Source: Podarcis melisellensis (taxonomy: Eukaryota). From it: a stretch of 64,000 bases of DNA. A program made the position numbers and the translations under genes. The stretch lies in NCBI GenBank assembly GCA_964234715.1, contig OZ174275.1. One strand, written 5' to 3'. Each line of letters starts with the position of its first letter. Position 1 is the stretch's first letter. The notes beneath the pieces were generated by a model that was not told the DNA's origin, did no database searches, and worked only from the letters and a program-made list of their open reading frames with translations. This document shows, piece by piece, positions 20,880 to 33,200 of this stretch.

Positions 20880-22200
20880 ACTGACTCCCGGCTGAAATGA
20901 TGCAGGGTCTCAGGCTCAATTTCCTGTCTCGAAAGGAGAATCGTCTGAACCCGCCGCCCTTTTCTCTTGCAGCACTTAATCGCCCCCATAGCATCAAGAA
21001 GGTCCTTTCCTTCGTGCCCCCTTCCACACGCCCGGCATAAAGGAACAACACCCGCAGAGTGGAACACGCTCTCCACGCATTAAAGACCTCACCTCCGGGT
21101 AGCGCCTCTCTTGCCTTGCTTTTCTCTATGGTTCTTTGACCGGAAACAATTATTTTCTCTACTCTATCGTCCCCCTAGATATAGAGATATGAAAAGAGTT
21201 ACAGTAAACTTATACTGTAAATCAGTGTTTCCCAACCTTGTGCCTCCAGCTGTTTTTGAACTACAATTCCCATCATCCCTGACCACTGGTCTTGCTAGCT
21301 AGGGATGATGGGAGTTGTAGGCCAAAAACATCTGGAGGCCCAAGGTTGGGAAACACTGCTGTAAATGTATAAACTTATAAATGTATATTAGCATAAATAT
21401 CTTTTGATGATGATTCCCTACAAATGCATAATGACAGTCGTTTTGGCATATTCGGGGTGAATCCTCTATCTTGCAGTAGGGACAAGAATTCGATCCTAAA
21501 TCAGAAGTTACAATAAGGGTAGTGTGCAATTCTCACTTTTTTCTATCTCTACCTTAACCCCCAGCTTCAGAAGGCGGAAGTTGGACCGAAGTCGGCATTT
21601 CCTGTGCTTATATGTGACAGCAGAGCGGACGCGTTTTCCGGCACTCTATGGTCCCTGAGGGAGCGTTACGTGTCTATATTTTTTCCTTCGCGGTCACGCC
21701 AACCCAACCATTTGCCTGCCTGCCTGGGTTCTGGACTTGCGAGGTGAAGATTAACCCCTGGAAAGCTTCCCTTTATGGTGCCGCCTTTGGTCCTGGAACA
21801 TCAGTCAGCAGTTACCATAGAGTTGCGGGGTGGGAGCGGGCTCTGGGCGGCACAAAGCGGGGAGGGGGGATGAGTCTCGTTCTTCCTGGGGGGGGGGGGG
21901 AGAAGTGAAAGGAAGAGCTTTTGTTTTGTTTTAAGTGGGATGGGGCTGTGGGGCTCCTCGTTGGCCTAGGAAGGCGGTGGACAAGCAAACCAAAGAGGGA
22001 AAGGGAAGGAGGTGCCCGGTGGTGAGTTGACTTGGGTGGGCCCTCCAAGACTCTCACGGCATAGCTGTCAACTTTTCCCTTTTCTTGCGAGGAATCCTAT
22101 TCGGAATAAGGGAATTTCCCTTAAAAAAAGAAAAACGTTGACAGCTATGTCTCACAGGGGCGCAAGGAAGGCAAAAGGTGCTCCCAGAAACTCATTGGCC
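20880..22200. promoter_or_regulatory. BCS1L/ZNF142 bidirectional CpG-rich promoter region
   Basis: Lies between divergent genes with locally CpG-rich segments. ETS/GABP-type sites: ccggaa (21140), ggcggaagt (21573-21581), ttccgg (~21636). Candidate first-exon donors on - (21092) and + (21744 or 22022). Confidence 0.75.
21223..21358. mobile_element. hAT MITE, 136 bp, with perfect 8-bp TSD
   Basis: 18-bp TIRs cagtgtttcccaaccttg/caaggttgggaaacactg. TSD ctgtaaat at 21215-21222 and 21359-21366. Confidence 0.93.
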
Positions 22201-22395
22201 CCCTAATGCTGTTGTATGTGTGCTTTGTAATGGGGTTGGGGCAGGCGGGTCATGGCCTGAAAAGGAAGGGCCCCCCACAGGGCTAAGCTGAGCCCTGGAG
22301 TTGGTTACTGGCCATTCTGCCTCAGGCATCCTCGTTCATCCTTTCCCTTAAAATATCCGTATTTTTCTCTCTCTTTCTCTTCCCTTGCACTTCAG

Positions 22396-22483
22396 AGAGC
22401 AGTAAAGATGGCCCACGCCTGGCACTGGGAGCCTGAACGGCTGCAGAAGAAGCCCACCAGGAGGAGGAGAGGAAACCGGGTGT
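22396..22483 (+). other. Probable 5'UTR exon of ZNF142 containing a uORF start
   Basis: Long polypyrimidine tract plus cag at 22393-22395, gtaagt donor at 22484, and aagATGg at 22408. Confidence 0.55.
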
Positions 22484-22619
22484 GTAAGTTCAGCCTCATT
22501 GTTTTAAAGCCTGCTTCACCACCCAGTCAGGTGGCTAGATTCCTGCAGGGCTGCTTTACCCCAGCTAGTTGGGATCACTTGCCAGCTGCTATCCAAAAAC
22601 ATGCAGGAGAGGGGATATG

Positions 22620-22895
22620 GTAAGATGTGTATAAAACGATGCATGGTGTAGAGAAGGCAAACAGAACCATGTTTTTCTCCTTCTCTCCTAATAATATTGG
22701 AGGCTGGGGTCATCTAACGGAACTGAAGGATAGGAGATTCAGGATATATAGAAGGAAGGACTTCTTTATACAGTGTGTAATTAAGGTATGAAACTCACTG
22801 CCACAATATGTAGTGGTAGCCAGTAGCTCGTGTTACTTTAAAAAGGGAGCTAGACAAATTCACAGGCAATAAGGCTATTAGTGGCTTCTAGGTGT
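22620..22895 (+). mobile_element. Degenerate CR1 LINE 3' fragment
   Basis: aggagattcagga...aaactcactgccacaa...tttaaaaagggagctagacaaattc...ggctatt resembles the CR1 ORF2 C-terminus and 3'UTR. Ends approximate. Confidence 0.6.
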
Positions 22896-24254
22896 GATGG
22901 CTATATTCTGCTTCTAGGTTCAGGGATATCATGTTTCTAAATACCGTTTACAGGGGAACAACAGTGGGCGAAAGTTTGGCAGAAGCTGACAGGACTTTTA
23001 ATTCTAAATGGGCAGTGCCCTTCATTTTTTCTGGAAGTTTTGTTAATCATAGAAATAACTATATCATCAAGCATACATGGCACTTGCATATCTAGCACGC
23101 TGTTACTTATGTTAATTTGGTCTGGAATCTTTCCTCTAAACAGTCTTGGGCATGATTATCTGCAGATGCATGCCAAAATGATTAGGTAACATATTTGTGA
23201 GTTTTACTGTGTGCCAGTAGGCAGTTCTGTGTGCTGTTCTTACAGGAAGCAAATTCAAACCCCCAAAATGTATGTCCCAGTGTGAGTCTAATCCTGGAAA
23301 TTAGCTTTTCATCTAGTTACAACTGCCTATCTCTGAGCTACGTTTATCTGGAATGAATGCAGTGGAGTTCAGCTGTATGTGAAACTATTACCAAGGTGTT
23401 TAGACTCCAAGATTTGAAGAAAGAAATCTGGAGAGAGTGTTCCTATTGATTAAATTACTGGGCTTTACACAGGAAGAATTAACATACCTTTACCAGCTAG
23501 AGTGAAAAAGAACAGCTTGGTATTATATATATAATCTAGTACAGGAAGAAGTCTGCAGGATTGTAGTGTTGGGCTCTGCTGTGTTGCTAAAGCAGAACAT
23601 TCTGCATATTGGTTCTGGGATGTAATATGTTTTGCAGTAATGGAGATGCTTTGAACTGAGCTAATAGAAGACAGTGGACTGTGCTGGCCAGTGGAAGTAG
23701 ACTGGCAAAACCTCTTCAGGCTGTGAGGGTAGGCTGCAAATAACCCAATAAATTGCTATCTTATCTAATGGTAGAGCAAGCCCCATTAGGTTTTGACAGC
23801 CTAGATGCAGTGATAAAGACTATCAAAGTGTTTTCAGCTCTAAATTCTTCAGCAGTTTGCCTTAAGCCTCCATACAGTTGGTTTTAGTCTATTCCAGACT
23901 TGATTGTAAAAACCACTGACATAGCTGCATAAACTTTCATCTTTCCTCTGTGCTTCTCTTCTCCAGGAAAGTAAATCTGTGAATGTCCTGAATTTTCCCA
24001 TCCTGAACCAAATACTGTCCTGTTGAGCTTTCTGCTTAAGCAGACATAGTTGCCAACTCCAATAGCTGCCTAATACTAACAAAGCTAACAGTTAATATTG
24101 GGCATTACAAAACCACTCCATACTCATTTATTTTGAAAAACTTAATCCATGGTTGCTTCTCTTCAGGAAAGCAATGGTACCATTTTCTTGCTATGTTTTT
24201 AACAGGAGCTGTACCCCACTTTATGTCATGGTGCAAGGCTACACTGAGGAGTGA

Positions 24255-27200
24255 ATGACAATGAGCACGGGAGCAGTTACAACGGAACCTGTGGGAGGAG
24301 ACAAGATGAACGCACTATGCCAGGAGCTCTTGCTACCCGGCTCAACAGATGCAGGAAATGAGAACAACCATAGCATCTCCAGTGAGAACTTAGTGGTGGG
24401 ACAAAGCTTGCTTTTAACAGAGGCTTCTGTGGTAGGAACAGAAACTGCTGGTGTTGAAATATTTGTAGAAGCCGTGACTAGCAGCATGTCCCTCAGCAAT
24501 CCTGGCAGCACTACAGGTATGTTGTGCCCTGATGGGTCTTCGTAACCATGTAAGAATGAACCACTTTGTCACTGTCATCTTTTAGTGTGAGTGGTTTCTG
24601 TCATGTAGCATTTGTATTCTAAAGGAGCATCAGAAAGAAGCCTTAGGATCTTAGGTCTGGTACAAAAGGCCAAGAGACCTGTGAAAGAGTAGTCTGGCTT
24701 TTCTGCACCTGATGCTGTTTTCTGTAATTGTAAGTTGCTTTGATACATTTTAAGTAGTCAGCAGCGAATAAATGCAAGAAAAATGAGGGTAAAGTTTGTA
24801 CATCTGTTATCTGGGAGAAGGAATATCTGCCACATTCTGTTATCTGCTCTAGGAATTGGAGAGAATGGAGATTGTGTTCTGATCGGGGTTCCAGGGTCCT
24901 TGTTATTATCAATTGTCCAGCAAGTCACCAAGATAAGCTATGACTGTGGCTAGATTTGCTTGAGGTACTGTGAGCAGCTGAGATGGAAAAGGTGCAAGGT
25001 GTATTTGCCTAATAGGAGGAGGCAGGGATTTATTTTAACTGTATCTGATGGGATATTGCTGAGCTTGCAATAGGCATGAAGCTTACTGTGGATCTGTTTG
25101 CTGCACCTTCATAAGGCTGCTTATGGGAGCTACCTTTCAATGTCATGGTGATAAATATTGGACTAATGCCGTGGAATATAAGGACCAGAGGCCTTACTAT
25201 GTTCTTTGAGGTCTACAGTTTTGCCTGCGGTGCCTCTGCCATACTCAGTACAAATGACTGAACTATCTTTAGGACTAATAAGCTAATGTCTTTATTAGGG
25301 CAAAGGGGCTGATACCGTGTGCCTCAACATCATCCTCTGCCTCCATCTCTTTTAGCAGTGCTGAGGAGCATGAGGGGTATAGGATATGGGAGATGGGAGA
25401 GTGCCTTGGAGGACATCAAGAGCATAGGATTTGCAGGGTACCATATTTACAGCAAAGTAGGGTAGGATGTTTAATGAAGGAGAAGACACCACTTACAGGG
25501 ATGTTTAGGTGGTGGCATGTGGGAAGGGGGTTAGGTGTTAAGGAGTTGGAAGCTTACAAGGGAGTGATTGGCATCAGTGATCTTGCAAAGGAATTTGAGA
25601 GGCAAGATTCATATAGGTGGTACACACTGAGACAGGATAGTAAGGGACACTTTGAAAATTAAGCAGTGGTCCTACCATTGCCCTCCTTCAAATCAAACTG
25701 GTGATCTTTTCCTGTGAAAATGTTTGGGTGTGGTTCTAAACACCTGAAGCATGGAGAGTCCCCCCCCAACCCATTTGAATTGAATCCTGTGTTCTGATAA
25801 CAGTTCTTATAGGTGACTCTCCACCTATATGCTGATGGCTGTGACAGAGCTTTGGAGAATCCTTGTCTGTAAGCTGACACAGTTTTTAGTAATTTTTGCC
25901 TTGGACGAGATTTGAACTGAGGCATGAGGAAGATTTTTTTCTACCTTATTTTCAGCTTTTTTTAAAATATCTCCTTACAGAGGTCTTGGTTAAAGTTGTG
26001 GAGCTCTATTTCTGCGAACGGTGTGGGCAGAGCTTCTCTGACCCTGGCCTGCTTTCCCAGCATCAGTGCATTGAGCTTCCCAGAGGACAACTTGCAAGCA
26101 TCCCTCAGCTCCAAGAGCTACCACTGGGCCTTACAAGCCAGAGCCTGGCTGTCTCTGGAGAGCAGTCGACAGTCTATGAGGCACAAGCGCAGGGCTTGCT
26201 GGATAGAAGCAGGCAGGACCCTGAATTCTGTACCGATCCCCTCTTGTGCCCTGTTTGTCAGGTGGAGTTTGCCTTGCCCACTGAGCTGAAGGAGCATTTC
26301 AGGGACCACCAAAAACCTACGGGTCCCCAAGTGTGCTTTGAAGAAGGCTGTCATTTCAGCTCGGAGGATCGCAAGCAACTCCGGGGGCACCTGCGGCACG
26401 TCCACCAGGTGTGCCCAGTCACCTGCACCTACCGTGGCTGCTCGCTCTTATTCCGAAGCCGAGAGGACATGGACCTTCACCGCAGAAGCCACTTCCCGTT
26501 TCACTGTAGGCACTGTGACTTCATCAGCGGCAACACCAAGCAGTTTGGGCAGCACCGACACAGCCATCTGCAGGAGGCCACACAGCAGGATGTGGAGGCA
26601 GCGCTGGAGACGGGAGCAGTCGCTGAGAGCACTGAGCACAGCTTCACTGCCATAGTGGGGAAGCGGCTCACCCATCATCTGCTTCTAACAACAGGTACTT
26701 GGGGCTGAGGAAGAGGCTAGGGTGGGCAGAAGGGGGAATGCTTGGGAGCGATGCCAGCCACCTACTTCTTAAAAACCCCACTGGATCCTAGGGGTCTCTT
26801 AACTCACTTTTGTGACAGCTTCCACTTCACTCAGAGACAACGCCATAGGCAGAGGTAAAGGGGTGAAGCTCCATTAGTCAGCCGGCTTTGTGGAATGATA
26901 TTGTTTGTGGATGTGGAAAATTATAGCATGAAAAGATGGTGGTAGATTCTGAATGGTGAACCATGGCAGGGAAAGGGATTTGAAATGGTGGGAAAGTTGG
27001 GGGAATGCAGTAGCTGAGAGCAGCTCTCCCTTTGAAAATGCCCAAAGTTTAATCCTCCTGTCTGTCAAACCATGAAAGTCTTATTTCCACTTTTTATGTG
27101 TCTTAATTTTAACCCTCTTTTCTAGTTCCTGTTCTACTTCCCTTTGCCTGGTTCTCAATATGCATTTATTTGCATGTTATCATTTGCTCATCTCAAGCCT

Positions 27201-30200
27201 TTTCTCTATAAAAAAATGGAGTCCCTGGTTTATATTTCATTTTCTTTCCAAGGAAGGGAAGAACCACTAAGCAAGGCTGAGAATTGCTTGGAAGTTCAGA
27301 GTGGTTGGGATGTGACTGAAATGGAGCCTGGCCTGGGGGCACATGTTGGTAGCAGTCATGTGCCTCCTGAGGACTCAGGACCCAAGGAAGACACAGGGGA
27401 TGAATTTCAGGAGGAGGAGGAGGAGGAGGTGGTGGTGGAGAAGGAGAGCTTTGAGAAGAAAGCATCTTCTAAAAGAACAAAGGCTCAGCTGATCAAAGGT
27501 AGAGACTTGCATTAATTTGCGAGCAGTACAGTTTCTGGCATTTCTTAGAAAAGCTTTGCCAAACAGCAAATGCACTGGCATATTACAGCATGCCCTATAT
27601 TTGAAGAGGGTCTCCCTGCCTGAACTGGTTGTTTTCTTTCCTGAGTTCAGAGGCAAACTACTTCACACATTACTTCCCACTTCTGCTTGGAAATCTATTT
27701 GTGGTGCTTTCTTTTCTTTGGAATGGGGCGGAGCATTGAATGCAATGGCTGTTCTCCAGTGGGTGCTAACTGATTCCCAATTATCCCTAAATCTCCTGAG
27801 CTACTAGAAGCTCTTAAGCATAGGGTGGGGTTTTTAGATAAATTTTATATCTGTAAAAAGAACCCTCTATTGTTATAGGCCATTGCAATAATTTTTTATT
27901 GTAGGGTAGAGAGATTGCAGTTCGGAGCAACTGTTATTGCTAGAGATGAGAGGCAGGCAAAATAGACTTCTGGAGCATGACCAAGGGCCCTTTTATTCAT
28001 AACTCTGCACTTAAGGCATGCTTCTCTCATTGCAGAAGGTGCGGTTGAGGACTCCAAATACTTGTTCAAGACCCACATGTGTCCGGAGTGCAAGCGTTGC
28101 TTCAAGAAGCGGACTCACCTGGTGGAACACCTTCACCTCCACTTCCCTGACCCCAGGCTGCAGTGCCCAAACTGCCAGAAGTTCTTCACCAGCAAGAGCA
28201 AGCTGAAGATCCACATGATGCGTGAGAACGGGGAGAAGGCCCATCGCTGCCCGCTGTGCCACTACAGCTCTGTAGAGAAGAATGCCCTCAACAGGCACAT
28301 GGCCAGCATGCATGAGGACATCTCCAACTTCTACTCGGACGTCTACTCCTGTCCTGTGTGCAAGGAGACGTTCAAGCTTAGCCATGCCCTCAAGGAGCAC
28401 CTGAAGACCCACAAGGCAGAGCCCAAGCAGCTGAGCTGCTTCCAGGCCGACTGCAGCTACTGCACCGAGGACCGCAAGGACTTCCTGCGGCATGTCAGGG
28501 AGGCGCACTACATCAAAGCGGTGGAGTGCAAGTACTATGCCTGCTCCCTGCTCTTCCCCACCGCGGAGGTCATGGAAGCGCATCGCAAGACGCACTACGC
28601 CTTCCACTGCCAGCAGTGCGACTTCATCTGCTCCAACAAGCACGTCTTCCGCAAGCATAAGAAGCAAGGCCACCCGGGGAGCGAGCAGCTCCAGTGCAGC
28701 TTCTGCCCCTTTGCCACATTCAACTCTGTGGAATTCCACGACCACGTGGGCAAGATGCACGCCAGCGAGAAGATCCACAAGTGCACCGAGTGCAACTTCG
28801 CCACGGCACACAAGAGGGTCCTCATCCGCCACATGCTGCTCCACACAGGCAAGTTTGCTTCCCTGCATGGGGACTCCTAGGGAAGCTCTGGAACATGTCA
28901 GCTTAGGTTAGACTTATTCTTCCTGTACAAAATCCTGGCCTTCTGGGGCCAGGTTCTGCCCCACACCTCGTGTTGAAAGACCTAGATTCTGTACTGGAAA
29001 GGGATTGAGATTCTTTAGTAAAATTTAGGCATATTTGCCAGATTTCCGAACTTTAGTCTGATAACAGAATTTCAGTTCTGGTTATAGAGTTCAACAGTCT
29101 TCAGTAGAAAGTTAGATTCCCTGACTAGACTTTTGTTGGAGTTTGCAATTTTTGGCAGCCCATTCCCTATTTTAGTTGCAATTTCCCACCAGCCTTTCCT
29201 TTTCCCAGCTAGCAGCCTTGGATGCAGCTAGGCGAAGGCGCTTAGAGCACTGTTGCATTTACCTCCCCACCCCAACCTCCCAGCAAGCCCCTCCAGATCA
29301 GGAAGGTCTGGCAAGCAAAGGGCAGAAACGCGGAGAAGGACTTTCCAGTTTGTGGCCCTGCGTGGCGAAGGCACTTGCAGTGCCATGGTGATGCAGCGGC
29401 CAAGCAGCCCTAGTTTTTCTCCCCGCTTTGGAGTGAGAAAGAGGCAGGGATTGCTGCTTAGCCAATGGGATCATTGCCACTCACCTCTACACTTGCACTG
29501 TGGGAAGGCATGCTTGTTGCTTGTTAACGCTTACTTGAGGGCAGTGCCACACATGGTTAAAACCTGGGCGGCATCCATATGCAGTGACAGTAAAGCAATA
29601 TGCTGTGGGAAGGAAGTGCTACCATTTATTTTGGGGTTTTTTGTGGGGCCGGGCAGAGGGGCACTGCAGGCAGGACTGTCAATCTACAGCTTCCAGTTTG
29701 CTCTGTGACTTTAGGAGAGAAACCTCACAAATGCCAGCTGTGCGACTTCACTTGCCGAGACGTGAGCTACCTTTCCAAGCATATGCTGACCCACTCTGAT
29801 GACAAAAACTACATGTGCACCGAGTGTGGCTATGTGACAAAGTGGAAGCACTACCTGAATGTTCACATGCGGAAGCACACAGGAGATCTGAGGTACTGAG
29901 AGACCCCCTTCCCCTTCCCCTGGCTTGTTTCCTGTATCAGGAAGTAATCCGTATGCAGAGCTGAGACTTTTCTCCTTCCACGGTCTTGACCCACTCTTGT
30001 TTTGTGTGCAACCAGGTATCAGTGTAACCAGTGTTCCTACCGCTGCCACCGGGCCGACCAGCTGAGCAGCCACAAGCTGCGCCACCAGGGCAAGTCCTTG
30101 ATCTGCGAGGTGTGTGGCTTTGCTTGCAAGCGCAAGTATGAGCTGCAGAAGCACATGCAGGCGAAACACTCCCAGAACTACCAGTCTCCCGTCTTCCAGT

Positions 30201-33200
30201 GTCAGTACTGCAGCTACCAGACCAAATACAAGCAAGCCCTGCTCAACCACGAGAACTGCAAGCACACCAAGCAGAGGGAGTTCCGTTGTGCCCTGTGCCC
30301 TTACCGCACCTTCAGCAATACCAGCCTTTTCTTCCACAAGCGCAAGGTCCACGGCTATGTGCCTGGTGACAAGGGCTGGCAGGAGAACTATGCCAGCAAG
30401 GAGCTGGAGGTCACCTCGACGGAGGTGCTGCTCAGTTACAACCTGGCCATGACCCTCCATGCTGAGCCCAGCCCCTCCCTCCCCAGGAGGCATGACAAAA
30501 CCAAGGCCCTTATTTCAGAGGTCCAGGAGGAGGATGGCCCCCAGGAGACTTTCATCATGTCTCTCTTTGGGAGTGAAGGCAATGCTGAGACCGGGAGAGA
30601 GGAAGTGGTGGGAGAGCAAGACCATAGTAAGACAGATGCAGCCCCTTCAGAGGAACTCTCAACCAAAGCCTTTCCGAAGGGCTCAGGGGAATCGGGCAGT
30701 ATTGGGAAGCCCCTTCCGACTTGCACACTGCATCTGGAGACCCTGTGCAGCTCTGATCCAGAGCAGCTGGTTGAGGAGATGCCCGCAGCAATGCCAGACA
30801 GTGGGGTGGCCCAGAATTGTAAGGAGGTGGAATCGGCCTATGAAGCATTAGGTTCCAAGGACTCCCTCCTCCTGGAGGACAGCGAATCTGCTCTTGACGA
30901 CATCCCTGACTTTGAGGAGGAGGCAGAGGTCCATGAGGATAGAGAGATGGAGCTGGAGAAAGGTGCTGGGTCAAGGACTGTTGAAGAGAACAAAAAAGAT
31001 GCTCAGCAGGATCTGGGGGACAGAAAGGGTGATGGGCGGGACTCTGAACTTCAGCAGGCACCACCCAGCCCTGAGCAGGGATTGGGGTGCAAAGAACCCA
31101 GTATACAGGAAGCTTTGCCAAATGGGTCAAAGCAAGATTCTCTTCAACCTGTTACTGGCCACGAGACTCTCCTTGCCCCAGAAGATATGCTTCCTCCCTC
31201 TGAAGAAGGCTCCGATTCAGAATCTGTGCTGAAAGCTCTAAGGAGGCAGGACAAGGAGCAAGCGGAAACCCTGGTCCTGGAAGGCAGGGTGCAGATGTTG
31301 GTGGTTCAGTCCGAGAGCCGCGTCTTCAAGTGCGAAAAATGCTCTTACATCACCAGGAAGGAGAAATCAATGCTGGTGCACTGCAAAGCTGGCTGTCAGG
31401 GCAGGAAATGCCCCTTGGTGTGCCAGGAGTGTGGGGCCATTTTCAAGCAGCAGAGAGGCCTGAATACTCACCTCCTTAAGAAATGTCCGGCCCTCGTGAA
31501 GAAGACTGTCGGGAAAGCAGCCTGCTTAGACCAGCCTGCTGCAGTACAGCCCAATGGCAAGAGCCTAGAAATAGCGGAGGCTAAGAAGAATGGGACAGGA
31601 GCCCCGGATGAGGAGGTGAGCAAGCTTCAAAAGCCTTCCTGGGATGCAGAACCGAGGCCTGTGAATGCTGAGTCTACAGCCGCTGTCCTTCCCAACAAAC
31701 AGCCCTTGGCCATCAGCTTGCAAGAGAAGCCATCTCAGGATGTCCCTGAAACCATGGTAGAAGAACAGTTGCCAGGAGCTACCGCTGACACAGCTAGCTA
31801 TCCCTTGGAGAAATACTATGTGGAGCAGAGCAAGTTCCACTGCAAAGCCTGTTCTTTTGCCTGTTCGCGGGTGTCCACCATCCGCTCTCACGTAGAGGAC
31901 GGCTGCCGTGGCTCAGAGCAGTTCTGCTGCCCGTTGTGCTCTAAGCCGTTCCATTCCAAGAGGGCCGTTAAGATCCACCAGTTGGAGGGGCACGTTGAAG
32001 CTCATTCCACCCAGCTGCTAGAAAGGACCAAGCGCACAGCAGACTCAGAGGGCGGAGATCAGCAAGCAAATGGACAAATCATCTGTAAGGAGATGGGTCG
32101 GGCCAATGAGCCAGCGGGAGCAAGCTCTCCCCGCCCTGTGGCCACACACAAGAAGCGGCACTTCTCCTGCCCCTCCTGCCCCTTCACGTGCCACCAGGAG
32201 CGTGCCCTGAAGACCCACAAGAAGCGGGGCTGCCTGAAGCTGGGCGAGTTCCGCTGCACGCTGTGCCCCTTCACCTCCAAGGCTGCGGCAGCTCTCCGAC
32301 TGCACCGCAAACTCCACCGCAAGTACTACAGCAGCCGGCCGCAGCTGGCCTGCCGCCAGTGCGACTTCACCTGCAAACAGGTTCGCTGCCTGCGCCAGCA
32401 CGTGCGCATCAAGCACGAGGGCGAGAAGCCCCACAAGTGCCCTTACTGCGAGTTCAGCACCACCCGGCGCTACCGGCTGGATGCGCACCAGTCCTTGCAC
32501 ACGGGCGTGGGCCGCATCGCCTGCCCCACCTGCGGCCAGACTTTCGGCACCAACTCCAAGCTGCGCATCCACCGCCTGCGGGTCCACGAGAAGAAGCCCA
32601 CCCACTTCTGCCCGCTCTGCGACTACAGCGGCTACATCCAGAACGACATCACCCGCCACGTCAACAGCTGCCACCAGGGGGAGCTGAACTTTGCCTGCGC
32701 CCACTGCCAGGCCCGCTTCAGCTCGGAGACGGCCCTCAAGCAGCATGCCCTGCGCCAGCACGAGGAGAAGGTCTCCTACGCCTGCCCTCGCTGCGCCTTC
32801 GTCTGCCACAGCGAGGCCACCCTCAAGTGCCATGTCCAGAAGCAGCACCCGCACCTGGAGTGCACCACCTGCAAGGCCACGCTGGCCACCCGCGAGGAAC
32901 TGGAGGAGCACAAGAAGCTGCACTTCAGCCACCGCTGCGACATCTGCAGCTACGCGGCCAAGGAGCGGCAGCAGCTGGTGAGCCACTACTTGGAGGCCCA
33001 TGAGCCCCCCGCGGCCAGCGAGAGGCCGCTCAGGTGCTCCTTCTGCGACTTCGGCTGCTGCCACCAGCTGGTCCTGGACCACCACGTGAAGGGCCACGGT
33101 GGCACCCGCATCTACAAGTGCTCCGACTGCGAGTACGCCACCAAGAACAAGCAGAAGATCACGTGGCACATCCGCATCCACACCGGGGAGAAGCCTTACA

